DNA of 55,053 bases, filler included, from Asterionella formosa (Eukaryota): the NCBI GenBank assembly GCA_002256025.1. It is 4 parts of 4 records of this genome, joined end to end, with 100 filler letters (N's around TTAATTAATTAA, not from the genome) between each part and the next. Parts side by side here need not be neighbours in the genome. Positions count along the whole stretch, not along the records: positions 1 to 13,717 come from NKIB01006483.1; positions 13,818 to 27,507 come from NKIB01006493.1; 2 more parts are not named here. One strand, written 5' to 3'. Position numbers and translations under genes: made by a program. Of the stretch, positions 12,440 to 24,155 are shown in pieces. Numbering within the stretch: the first letter of the stretch is position 1; every line of letters starts with the position of its first letter. The notes under the pieces are model-generated. The model had not been told where the DNA came from and did no database searches. It saw only the letters and a program-made list of their open reading frames with translations.

Positions 12440-13717
12440 ATGGCAATGTATTCAAGGGTTCCTGTCATTCCTTTGATCAAAGATTACAATGATTTGACTA
12501 TCAAGACTAAAACATTCAGAGTTGCTTTAACCAGTGGACGGTTTGAATCATTTGATCAAGATATGATCAATGGAAGCTCTGTGGAGCGAAGCATTTTTGA
12601 TTGGATTGAGTCAATTTCGTGACATGGCTAACACGTGTGCCTTTAGCCCTGCAGATACCCTTTCCTACTTTAAAAGGTGTTTGACCGACATTGCCTTATC
12701 AGATTGGCTGGTTTAATGTGGAAGTACACCCAGAAGATCAATCCTACGATAGTGTTGATGAAGCGATGGTTTTATGGTTAGGTGATCGTTTACCATATGA
12801 GAGTTTTCAACGTCAATGACAATGGATGCTACACTACTTATCGAAACCCTTTTCTATGTTGGTAATGGATTTCGGAGCTTGTATTAAAGCTTTGAACAGA
12901 CTACTTCAACTAATGCCTCATCCAGAAGATCAAAACGGATTGTCAAAAGAAGATATGCGGATTATCATCATCCGTTTTATGCCCAATGAGTGACAACAAG
13001 AGTTTAAATTGAATCATGCTAAAACTTCAGACCAATCAATTTTCTCGGTTCTCGCTTACTTCGAGAGTCAACAGTCGTTAAGGACCAAAACAAACACCTT
13101 CCCAAGAACAGTTTTCAAACAATCACGCAAAATCGTCTTCGTATTGCTGAAGGCAATCATGCGATGTGTCAAGAAAACGAGCGTGTCAGTCGTCAATTTA
13201 ACAACGATAATTTTACTCCAAGTGGTCGTGGAAGAGCGCGTGCTATTGTCAACGCAGCCGGTCGTGCATGGGATTGTCAGGCGACTGTTCGTCATCAAGC
13301 TCTACAAGCCAGTCGTACATACCATGATTTTTGTGGCCCTTGCCCGGTACATCCTGAAGGTACACATACTTGGGGCAATTGTTTTAAGAATCCTCGTACT
13401 CAAGGTGGTCGAGCAGGTCGCATGGCTGGTCCAGTTTCGGTGGACGAGGACATTTTGGTGGTTGTGGAGGCGGCTCACACAGCAATCCTTTGGAAAGCTA
13501 CCATATTGACACTGCTAACTGCTAACTTGTGCCTGTTCCACATGCTTGTATGTAAAATGCATGGGGTCATAATACTCATCCATCCGGTCGGGGTACCGTG
13601 CCATGTGCCAATCCTAGCGAGAATACATCTGCCCAGGAAATTTCAGTGGTCATGAACCCTCCTGGTGGTCAGCTACCGGTAGTGACTTTTGTCCCTACTA
13701 CACAACAGCAGATTGCT
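12440..13717 (+). mobile_element. Degenerate Ty3/gypsy-type LTR retrotransposon gag remnant, truncated at contig end
   Basis: Across stops and frameshifts: LSYFKRCLTDIALSDW, QWMLHYLSKPFSMLVMDFGACIKALNRLLQLMP, RFMPNE*QQEF, then an RG-rich region with knuckle-like CPVHPEGTHTWGNCFKNP. Pattern recalled from diatom gypsy-type gag. Confidence 0.65.
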
Positions 13718-13817
13718 NNNNNNNNNNNNNNNNNNNNNNNNNNNNNNNNNNNNNNNNNNNNTTAATTAATTAANNNNNNNNNNNNNNNNNNNNNNNNNNN
13801 NNNNNNNNNNNNNNNNN
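13718..13817. other. Artificial contig spacer (N44-TTAATTAATTAA-N44)
   Basis: Exactly 100 nt with a six-frame stop linker at 13762-13773; identical to the other two spacers. Confidence 0.97.
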
Positions 13818-13988
13818 ATCAATGCGGCGCGGAGGCGGGGACAGAATAGACGCCATGTCGAAGATTCATTTCATTTCGTTTGCATTCAAAGTGAACAACT
13901 TAAAAGGCGAAAAAATAATTGAGTATAAAAATTTCAAATAAGAAACCCTAACGATGTCTGGTCTAACTGTCTTTTCGAAGTCTGTACA
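13818..13988 (-). mobile_element. Terminus of a young repeat element (family B), copy 1
   Basis: Reverse complement of 27337-27507 with only about 4 substitutions in 171 bp. Similarity stops at TGTACA. Confidence 0.85.
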
Positions 13989-14129
13989 TTGGTACTGGTA
14001 GTGGGCGCGTTCTGATAATGTAAATTTATGTTCGGTATATTATGTGTATTATAAACAAATCGTTGTACCCATAACCCCAAAATTTGTGTTTGTATTGACC
14101 AAATTAGGTAAACCTGGTAAGCACCCCCG

Positions 14130-14232
14130 AATTGAAAATCATTTTAGAAAAAGAATCCTAATCAGTCTTTTGTTTTCTTAGCTAGATTAATATGATTGTG
14201 TCACGATGCCGATCGACTGAAGCGAAATTAGC
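14130..14232 (+). repeat. Dispersed repeat family A, copy 2
   Basis: AATTGAAAATCATTTTAGAAAAAGAATCCTAATCAGTCTTTTGTTTTCTTAGCTA is identical to the reverse complement of the 26750-26808 copy. Confidence 0.85.
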
Positions 14233-16366
14233 TGCCCAAACTTGTTGGTATTACCAAGTTGGTGTCCCCAAATTGGTAGCAAGCACCAGTATATATGTGG
14301 TTTTTATAATAATTTGTGTTTGCCAAAAGGAACAGCTTAAGTGAATCAAATTATGAGTGCAATTACACTGAAAACTCGATACCAACAGCAACTAGACCAA
14401 CAGGTCAGCCCACCATGCCTTCATCATGGTCCACATCAAAAACAACATGATTGTGGATGCCAAAAGCTGATCCCACACTTTCACTGATATATTTGACGAA
14501 TAGGCTAGCCCATTACTTTGTGACACCTAGACCATTTGCTCAGTAACTCCATAGTATTATCCCACATCAAAAACGACATGCTACCAAGTAAGAACCAAAA
14601 TCGTAGAAGCATTTAAATCCTCACACTAAAGCAAGCAATATATACCGATTTGGAAACCAAATTGATTGTAAAATAAAAATTGATGCCAATTTGGATCCAA
14701 ATTGGTAATAACATGCGAATTTCTAGCCCAAATTCAACTAAAAAACCAATTGAAAGCCCAATTGATAGTTAAAATAAAATTGATACCAATTTGAATCCAA
14801 AGCAAGTGATAGCAATGTTTTAATCTTTCACCCTAGCCAGCCCATTTCAGCAAAATTACCGCAGCATGCTGGTATTAGCAGTGTTTAAAACCTGTATGGC
14901 GATTTTTGAGCTGTAAGCCCCCTCTAAACGCAATAAATGTTTGCAAGATACCCTCGAATTATTTGTCACAAATGAGTAGATCAGATTTATGTAACAAGTA
15001 TGTATTGCTGCAGTCTGTCTCTTGTTAAATACTTTTACATATAGTTGTTGCTGCAGCGACAATTGGTGCAACCTTTCTTCGGTGCTGGATCATACCACCT
15101 GATTGATTGTCATGTAATGCAAAACTCTGAATATGCTAAATAGGACACGAAAAATGTTTCGAAAATGTCCTGTCTGCTTCCCATCATGTTGTCATGTCCA
15201 ATTGTTAAAGGCGCTTTTTGTCAATGAGGAACTTATTTCACCAACATTAGCTAGTCTTGCTTTTTGACACTTGAGGTTGGTTCCTTCTCGTTTGCTTAGC
15301 CAATATTGTTGGGTGTCGAATTCTGAATCAGCGCTTGTTTCCTCTCTTAGATTGAGCTTGAAAAATTGAAATGGGATACCGGCTCATTTCGCAATGCAGC
15401 TGGAAGGCTGCTGGTAGTTGCCATGACAACCACTGTTATTTCCATGGCTGTGAAAATTGTCAATTTTTCTGCAGGAACTTTCACAACAAAGGTGGCAGAG
15501 AACTCAGCCATGTTGCAATTATATTTATCATAATAATACCAATATTTTTATTAATAATATGATGCAATAATAATACATGACAATAACACTAGTAGTACTA
15601 ATAGAAGTATCAACTAGCAGTGTATCATCAGTATATGAAATGATGATTATGTACATTTAAACCATTCTGATTGATGGAGACAATCCTTGTTCGCCCAAAG
15701 ATTAATCTTCAAAATATCAAGATTGATCTTTGAAATATGCAGATTGAGTCGCTCAATATCTGGGATGACCCTTGAAATCTTCGGGGAAATGAAGATTAAT
15801 CTTTGTATTTGGGTGGATTTGCGAGTTATATAGCCACATAAGAAAACAAAATACAAAAATTCTATGGTTTCCAACAAGTATCCATGGAGTCATTCTTCAT
15901 GCATCGGGCACCATACGATGTGGCCTGATGTCAGGAGGCATTGGTATGTTAGTCTCATGTTCCTAGCTAGTTCAGAAAATATGTGTAATCTTCTATAAAT
16001 AAAATGTCCTAGTTCAGAAGATATGTATAATCTTCTAAATTATACCATACCTGGAAATAATTTATATTTGTGTGTGAACACAGATTTTCCTGTTTGATTC
16101 AAAGCATCAAATTGTAAAATGCATGTCACTTCATTCATCATAACAGTATACATTTGTACCAGTACAAGCAATCATGACATCATGGCTGAATTGCCTCATC
16201 AAATGCATGTGTCTGCTGTGCAGGTAGCTCTCCTGTTGAGTATGATTTTGGCACTCAAATGCTCTATTGTAGTTTATTGTTCACCTGTCACCAGAATGGC
16301 TACAAGCTGCTCCTCAATGTCTCCTACTGCGAAGTAGCAGCACCTAAATGACTTATTAACATATGG

Positions 16367-17068
16367 TTACAAAGAAATCATACCACTGCATTCAATTGCT
16401 TCTCCAGTTATGTAGCGACTCCTCTCAGATGCCAAAAAGAGAACTAGGTCTGCCACATCCATTGCATCTCCCAATCTATTCAACGGAATTTTGGTTTGTA
16501 TGTGCTGCAAAATGTGTGCTGGTACTTTTCTTGTCATTTCTGTATCAATAAATCCAGGACACACAGCATTGACTCGGATGTTCTTGGAAGCCACTTCTCT
16601 GGCAAGGGCCTTGGTCAAACTAATGACACCCCCTTTGCTGGCTGCATAATTAGTCTGTCCCATGTTTCCCTGCAAGGCCACAACGGATGATAGATTAATG
16701 ATACTTGCAGGTTTTGGCAATTGGACAAAACTGCGACACATCAGCCAAGTGCCCTTTAGATTGACATCTAACACGTCTTGATAGTCGTCGACACTCATTT
16801 TGGAGATCCACCCATCTCTAGTAACTCCTGCACAATTGACCAAGATTGAAGCCTCCTTGGTTGCATGTTGCAGAAAGAGTGCATGGACACTATGCTCACA
16901 AGCAACATTGCATTCTACCATGAACTGCTCAGAAGTTTGCGTATTCCTTAGGTCTGCCATAATCACCGTGACACCCTCGGCTGTCAGTGCCTTGGCTACA
17001 GCAGCTCCGATCCCAGAGGCGGCTCCAGTGACAATCGCTGTTTTGTTTGCGAGCCGAAGCCATGTCAT
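16367..17068 (-). CDS. Short-chain dehydrogenase/reductase, 3-oxoacyl-ACP reductase (FabG/HSD17B8-like)
   Basis: TGAASGIG Rossmann motif, NCAGVTRD, catalytic YAASK, VNAVCPGFIDTEMT and C-terminal YITGEAIECSG in an intact 233-aa ORF. Confidence 0.92.
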   Translation of the reverse strand: MTWLRLANKTAIVTGAASGIGAAVAKALTAEGVTVIMADLRNTQTSEQFMVECNVACEHSVHALFLQHATKEASILVNCAGVTRDGWISKMSVDDYQDVLDVNLKGTWLMCRSFVQLPKPASIINLSSVVALQGNMGQTNYAASKGGVISLTKALAREVASKNIRVNAVCPGFIDTEMTRKVPAHILQHIQTKIPLNRLGDAMDVADLVLFLASERSRYITGEAIECSGMISL

Positions 17069-17434
17069 TGCGCAGCTTGCAAAAACACTTGTAAAAAGTA
17101 GCTCGCTCGCTCGCTCGGTTAATAGGGTTATCGCCAGATTCTATTGTTCACCGCGAAGTTTTTGTTTTCAACTTGTTTCATGTTCTGTTGAATCATGTCC
17201 TTCTCATCAAAAATGTCATTGTAAAATGAGCGTAAAGAACATGTCTATGTGTACCAGTATCATATAATTTTCGGAATATACCGGTACCTGGGAGTACCAG
17301 GCACTCCGAGTACTGGTACAGGTTGTAGATTACCGGTAGGGGTACTCCTATGTTTTGTCATATTGTTATGCACAGATATTACGACGTACCGGTAGTAACT
17401 GGAGTACCTGGTAACCGGTACCTGGTACAGTAGC

Positions 17435-17558
17435 AGAAGGGGGGCCCGAGGCAAAAGAAAGCGAGTTTGCTTACCATTGCTTTGATTTATTCTCTCCAAA
17501 CTCAAAATCATTCTCCTTTTCTGGCCGAAGTGATGAAAACAACCAATAATGAACGGTT
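17435..17558 (+). repeat. Left copy of ~125 bp inverted repeat (family C, TIR-like)
   Basis: CTTTGATTTATTCTCTCCAAACTCAAAATC and CCTTTTCTGGCCGAAGTGATGAAAA match the reverse complement of 20207-20339 exactly. Both copies have G-rich outer ends. Confidence 0.85.
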
Positions 17559-17719
17559 CTATATCAAGTACCTTTTACAGTACGCAGCACGCTACTACAC
17601 TACAGTAATCTGTGGGTCAAAGGATAATTTGTTTGATTCTCTATTTGCTTAAGCAAGTAATGTCGATTAATAGTCCATTGAAATTTTCAAAATGACTCTT
17701 TTTTATGATTGCTGATCCA

Positions 17720-17850
17720 GCTGGTGACTACAAGCGACTAGAAATCTGCTGACAACGACTAGAACTTGCTGGCAACAATTAGAAACTGCTGACTACAACT
17801 AGAAATGCTGACTACGACTTGAAAGTACTAAGACTAGAAGGTACTGATTT
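17720..17850 (+). repeat. ~20 bp degenerate minisatellite (GCTGACwACrACTAGAAA)
   Basis: About 6 adjacent imperfect units with no unique spacers. Confidence 0.8.
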
Positions 17851-19044
17851 TTTTATTGGTGAATCCATTAGCAAACCGTCATCCAGTTGCTAAATACCAT
17901 CACCAGTAGTAGTAGTGAACATGATTTCGATGATCAGAAAATGACTTGGATTTAATGAATGAATAATTTAACATTGAAGAAAGTGACTAAAGGGAGTTTG
18001 GAATGAAAAGCGATTCTGGAATGAAAAGCGAGTCTATCTCGTCTGGCAGGCATGAGAGAATCCATTTTAAGTGCGTCGAAACTGAAAAGGTGCACTACCG
18101 GACTTTCCAGGTACCTGGTGCGTACCTACCCGAGGTAGCACTCGTAAGCACTTGCATATGATTATTTAGTTAAGATTATTCGATTCTTTTGTAAATGATA
18201 TAAATACATACCGGGCCTGTATACTGGAATCACTACAGAGTACTGTGGTGTATAGCCATCCTTAGTGGCTGGAGAATGCCAGCTTGAATAGTTGCATAAG
18301 AGATCATTTTGGAAGTTTCGCTGTGACTCCAATGATAGTGATGGCTATTTTCGATGCGCTCACCATTCCTTTTCAGCGAAGATTCATGGCCACTCTTGAC
18401 AATGCAGCCAGCAAAGGTTGCGACCCCAAAGAAAAGTTGGGCCAAGATCTATAGAGAATTACTCTGCAACTGCACTTTGCCTTTTGGAGTACCTTCTGGT
18501 GGATTTGTGCTTCAATAATTCACGGCATCTCTTCTATTGCCTGGTCAATGCATACACCTGTATATACAGGTATTAACAGCTGTGATAATGGAAATGAGGA
18601 AGACAGCAGAAGAAATGGATAAATGTAGAAGCCACCCAAAGAGAGTTGGCTGGTCTATTTTCTCTTGGAAATTTGACAGCACAGACACCGCATTATTTTT
18701 TGGTATCACAGCATTAGCAGTTGGTTGCATTTTGTCAAATGTAGGCAATTCATTGTATTACAACTGGAAATATTCATTTTGTGCTAAGGGGGAAAAGGCT
18801 CATCACAATAAGGCCGTTGCTAACCGTTGACCCAAACCAAAACCCAAAAACTTTTTTGGATTGGTTTTGGTTTTGGTCAACTGACGAAAAAACGATGCTA
18901 TCGGTTTTTGGGAAATCCTAAATGCTGTCAACCACCCATCTACTGTGACGTAGGATGACAAAACCATTATAAAAAAAGTAAAATATTTCTATTACACTAC
19001 TTTTATAAATGAAATATTATCATTCCTATTTGGGAATTAGTTAG

Positions 19045-19767
19045 TTTTTCCCGCAATTTGAGCGATGCTGCTGTCTTGTTGTCAACAACTTTGATCCCAT
19101 TGATTACATGATCAACGGCATGCCTAGAAAAGAACGCGGATTCTCTGTTGGAAGAGCAGCCATGGGTGGACTTTGACAACGATGATATCAAAGATGAAGA
19201 TGTGTCTTTTCAAATAGCTTTGAAATGCCGCTTCATCCAGACAAACCATTGATTCAAGATGCATTGGAGGATGTTCGCCGCTGGAATATGGAAATGGATC
19301 GTGAAAATGGAATTGGAGAAGACGATGAGTTGTCAGAAGACGAAAGGGAGTGCAGAGAGATGCTTGACAAGGAAATTAAGTATGACTACGATCATGATCC
19401 GGAGTTCGAAGGAGAGCAGTTTCGTGGCCATGTCGTTGTGGCTTGTACCAGTGACGATTCCGATCTGGAGATCGCAGAAAAGATTACTCTAGCGCTGACA
19501 GGAAAGTTTGGGAAGCAAGTGTTTGTTGAGACCCGCGTGATAACTCATGCAAGAGAGGAAGATAATGTGTTTGAAGTCTGGATTGAGTCATATGACGTGG
19601 AGCTGTTGCATTCCAAGAAGCGAGCGACGACAGGTACAAGCGGCTGGACTGGACCTGCGGACTGTGATGACAAGCAAATTGATTATCTGGTTGATCGAGT
19701 TGGTTTCTTGATAAGTGATGACGCCCGATACAGTTACAAGTACGAAGTGCAAATGGAAGGAGTTTAA
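19045..19767 (+). pseudogene. Orphan 3' exon / disrupted copy of an acidic hypothetical protein gene
   Basis: ORF 19225-19767 is protein-like. The same frame extends back to an acceptor-like TTAG at 19041-19044 (FFPQFERCCCLVVNNFDPIDYMINGMPRKERGFSVGRAAMGG) but has three stops at 19174-19200, where a shifted frame reads DFDNDDIKDEDV. No upstream exon is visible. Confidence 0.55.
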
Positions 19768-20206
19768 ATAAAGGAAGTTTCTATATAAAAAGTAGCAATT
19801 GAATATCAAACCTTGGTATGCCAGGCAGATGGAGTAAAACCATGGAACATAGGGCACTTGCCTTGGAGTAGATGATCTTGGCAAGTTGGTTGGACAAGTT
19901 CCACAATATCATTGATATGGTTGATGACATGTTGATTGTGGTGAAATCAGACAAAAACTGAAGATACTGGAAGTATTTCTCTGGTTCTACCTCTCCATTA
20001 GCATCTAGACATTGTACAATGTTATGTGGGCGATGGTCACATGAATCCATGTGTGCCATGTCAGTGAAATGTGGGTTTGATGACATGTTGATTGTGGCGA
20101 AATCCGTAGCTACTGTACATACATAACAGTAGTTTATAATAGTTTTGGGTCATTGCTAGCTTTGATGATGTTGGCAGTTGCGAATTTTTTATCCAAAGAC
20201 TTTGAA

Positions 20207-20339
20207 AACCGTTAATTAAGATAGGTTCTTTTCATCACTTCGGCCAGAAAAGGCGAACGATTTTGAGTTTGGAGAGAATAAATCAAAGTGCCCGGTAAGG
20301 CAACAAGCCTTGCTTACTTTTGCATGGGGCCGCCCCTCT
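20207..20339 (-). repeat. Right copy of inverted repeat family C
   Basis: Reverse complement aligns to 17435-17558. Confidence 0.85.
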
Positions 20340-20885
20340 ATTGCCCCGGTCATTTTTGTATTTTCTTTACGTTTCCCTGTTTTGAAGAATAAAATTAGTG
20401 TAAAACCTACGTGACTAAGTGGTCATCATACAGAAGTGAATTGATGACGTTTTCTATGTATTTATCGCCTGTCCTGCGTCACGTTATCAATTTAGCAAAA
20501 TGACTGCAACTTGCCGGTACCGCTGCTCCCAATTGCACGTACATATATATTATGATTCTATACCGGTATGTTAGCTAAATATGTAACAAAATAAACATAC
20601 CCGGTATGCTAACTACCGGTATGCAATTTGAAAGCGGCTCAATATGATTGTTTTTTACATACATACCGGTAGCTGATATGATCGTCGGAGGCGACCTACT
20701 GGAGTACCAGGTACCCGGCACTGGTGGAGTAGTAGCTTGTACCAGGTGCCCTATCTTTGTTAACCATGCAGGTACAACGATTATGTGATAGCATCGCCTC
20801 ACAATGAATTTTATCGGTACTAGGTGCGTGTAATCAATTCATCTTCACCAGCCACTGTCACCGGTTGCATCCAACTACCTTGACT

Positions 20886-22356
20886 ATGTCTACCAACGAC
20901 GATGCCCCCGCTCGTGAACTCTCCGATACAGAAAAGAAAATCATTGAAATGCTGAAGCAAACGAACATTTCTGGGGGCGCTCCCTTGCAAGTCTCTCGAC
21001 TGAATGGCACTGATGGCGGTGGAGCAGGACATCCTTTCTGGGATACGCAGGTGAGTCTGTTTTTCGCTCTCAAGTTACGTCTTTGCAAATATGCTATGCG
21101 CTTTAGGTAAAGGATACCATTGGCGAAACTCCTTATGTTCTTCAATTGAATTCACGATCAATTTTAAGGCTTGTTGTGAAGTGCCGTCAAAGTACTGACG
21201 CCTGTTACATTCACGCCAAAACTACTCCTTGTGTTAGCCCATGCCACACGTCGGTGGAGATCACCCCGAGGGTCCCATCCAACCTGATAAACAAATCGAT
21301 GATCTTCGCCAAACTCCCTACAATATGCCTGCTGGCTTTGTGTGGTCGGAAGTTGATATTTCGGACCACGACCAACGACTTGAAATTTACGATCTCCTGG
21401 CCAACAACTACGTCGAAGACGACGATGCCCTATTTCGATTTGACTATTCCCAAGAATTTTTATTGTGGGCATTGACCCCACCAGGATACTCCATGAGTTT
21501 ATTACTGGGCGTCCGAGCAGAAAAGAGCAACAAGCTTGTAGCATTCATTAGCGGTGTCCCTGCCACAGTTGCTGTTCGAGACAAGTCTGCAAAAATGGCT
21601 GAAATAAACTTTCTATGCGTTCACAAGAAGCTTCGCTCCAAGCGACTGGCACCTGTCTTGATCAAAGAAATCACCCGTCGTGTCAACCTCACGGGAATCT
21701 TTCAGGCTGTGTACACCGCTGGCGTCGTCTTGCCGGTTCCAGTCGCGTCGGCTCGGTACCATCACCGATCCCTGAATCCCAAAAAACTTGTGGCAGTGGG
21801 ATTTTCGCGGTTGGCGCCTCGCATGACTTTGGCGAGACTCACCAAGTTGTACAAGCTGCCAACCGAGCAGCAATTGCCGCAATTGAGAGTCATGGAGCCA
21901 AGGGATGTTCCAGGGGTGCACAAGTTATTGACCAAGTATTTGGAAAAGTTTTTGTTGAAGGTGCTTTTTGAAGAAGATGAAGTGGGACATTGGTTGTTAC
22001 CAAGGGAAGGTGTCATTAATTCATTTGTCATTGAGAACTCAGAAGGAATCATTACCGACATGTGTTCGTATTACCATCTGCCCTCCAGTATTTTGGGACG
22101 TGACGATACCCTGCGAGCAGCCTATTCATTTTACAATGTTGCCACTTCAGTCAAGTGGGTGGATTTGATGCGAGACTGTTTAATTTTGGCAAAAAATGGT
22201 GGGGCTGACGTTTTCAATGCTTTGAATCTGATGGACAATGATGAGTTTCTTCAAGAATTGAAGTTTGGCTTGGGGGATGGCAATTTACAGTACTATCTTT
22301 ACAACTGGTCTAGCCCTGGAATGAAGTCGAATGAAATCGGTATTGTTTTGTTGTAA
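20886..22356 (+). CDS. NMT: Glycylpeptide N-tetradecanoyltransferase (N-myristoyltransferase), 2 exons
   Basis: Exon 1 20886-21050 ends HPFWDTQ; GTGAGT...TTAG intron 21051-21237; exon 2 21238-22356. Signature motifs NYVEDDDALFRFDYS, EINFLCVHKKLRSKRLAPVLIKEITRR, KFGLGDGNLQYYLYNW and terminal IGIVLL. Confidence 0.97.
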
Positions 22357-22947
22357 GCGAAAGGATTCGGTTTTGCAATGAGTTCCGTGGTTGTGGAGCC
22401 TTCCAGCAACCTTTTCAATCAACGTTCGGGTGGGAGTGAATAGATTAAAACTAACAGTGATGGATCTGCATGCAATAGCACCGAAAATGACAAAGTTTGA
22501 CTCGCTGCGTAGTGGTTCAATTTTTGAAGGCCAAAATGTAAATAGAGTCGTGTGATCTTTAAATTGTTGTGAAGTAAAAAGTTCCCATAAAGTCAGTGTG
22601 TTTGGCCCTTTTTGTCGGACCATGAACGATCATAAATCGATCATGCCAAGGTCCGATTATAGTGATACTCCTTCTCAAACCAAGAACCAGAGTAAACCCA
22701 TATGTGTATTATGCACGCAAAATATATAGAAATGGGGCATTATGACTCGGACTTTTAGACTTGCATACATCAAACTACTCCAGGTCCATGAAGCACGATG
22801 GCGCCTACCCTAGATATGATTTATCAGTATTACTGCTATGAATAGATGGAATACTATTAAATATGTGTACCTTCCAGTCTATTAAATATCATTCCACTTT
22901 TCTAAATCGTCTACATTCTATTGTGGAATGCATGGATAATCATTACC

Positions 22948-23859
22948 TCACAACCCATGAAGCACAGGTAAGATCAAAGAAACAAGGATAATTCGGGAAG
23001 TCAAGCCAATAGTTGCTTTGTTCAAACTTATAGCCGCACTAGTGGGGGCTGGGGTCGACGACGATTGAGAGTTTTCGACGGGGGCAGGTGTCAATCTAAC
23101 ATTGGGGGAACGTGTTGGTCGTGTGACTGGGACAGTACCACTAAGCGGAAGGAGTGAACCTTGACATCCGCAAAAGATACTTCCAAGTAGCTGATTCTGG
23201 GCACACAAAGTTTCGTTGGCGACGAACTGAAGCAAGCCATCGTATTCTGCACATGTAAAGGCGTCAAAGATGGTGGAATTTGGATTTGGAGGTGGCTGAC
23301 CGTTGGAGCAAATACCAGAACAAGTAGGGGCAACACCAGAACACCCGCAGAATGCTCCAAGCTGCTGTGCTTCTGCGCACTCAGTTTCATTGGAAGATAA
23401 CTGAGCATACCAATCGAGATCTCCGCATGTAATGCCGAAAATAGTTATGTTGGGATTGAGAAGAGGCTGACCATCAGGACAGATTCCTGGGCATATTCCA
23501 GCTTCCACTCCAGGACATCCACACGTAAATGGAATCCCAGACAAGTGTAAACCATCGCAGTCTTCATCTGTAAAATTAGAAGAAATCACTAGCTCTACAG
23601 CAATATCGCATGTAATGGTTCCCAAATCCGCATCTGTTTGAATAGCGAGATCGCCATTTAGAGGTGATGCGTTTCCAGGGCATAGTGAACAGTTGGATTC
23701 CGAAGAAACCTAAACGAGAAACAAAGTTGAGTAAGTGGACAAATAGAAGCGCAACCGAAGGAACTGCCTTGGGTCATCCCTGCAGCCATGGACCAAAAGT
23801 AGCGGTATGCTACGTACCATTGCCACCAAGGTGAAGAGAAAAATCACAGTTAAAATCAT
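22948..23859 (-). CDS. Secreted Cys-rich repeat protein with S/T/P stalk and putative GPI signal, 2 exons
   Basis: Exon 1 23859-23818 is the signal peptide MILTVIFLFTLVAM; GTACGT...TTTAG intron 23817-23710; exon 2 23709-22948 is in frame (VSSESNCSLCPG...). Three C-x2/3-C-P-x-G...TC...C...CGC modules, a TPAPT stalk and a hydrophobic C-terminus. Confidence 0.82.
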
Positions 23860-24155
23860 TGTCGTTCGTTGGAAGAAACCCAAGTCTTGACGATTTACCA
23901 ATAGTTTAGTTTGTGAGCCAACTACCGGTACAGAGTGTGCCAATCCCGATGTTGGAGTTCCAAATTTGGAACAATTTGAAACCGCTCTCGTAAACTCAAA
24001 TCGACGGTTTCTAGATCATTTGTGTTCAACTAAAGGCCTGCAGCCTTGAAAAGATACCCAATGGTGCAAAATTTTCTGAATCATCCCTACCCCAGATTTG
24101 TAGATAATAATAGGAATGCATGTTTGCTATTATTCGCTTGCAACATAATAAACTA

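Noticed and set aside
17720..17850. CRISPR-like array
   Set aside because: Units are adjacent and degenerate with no unique spacers, there are no cas genes, and the context is eukaryotic. It is a minisatellite.
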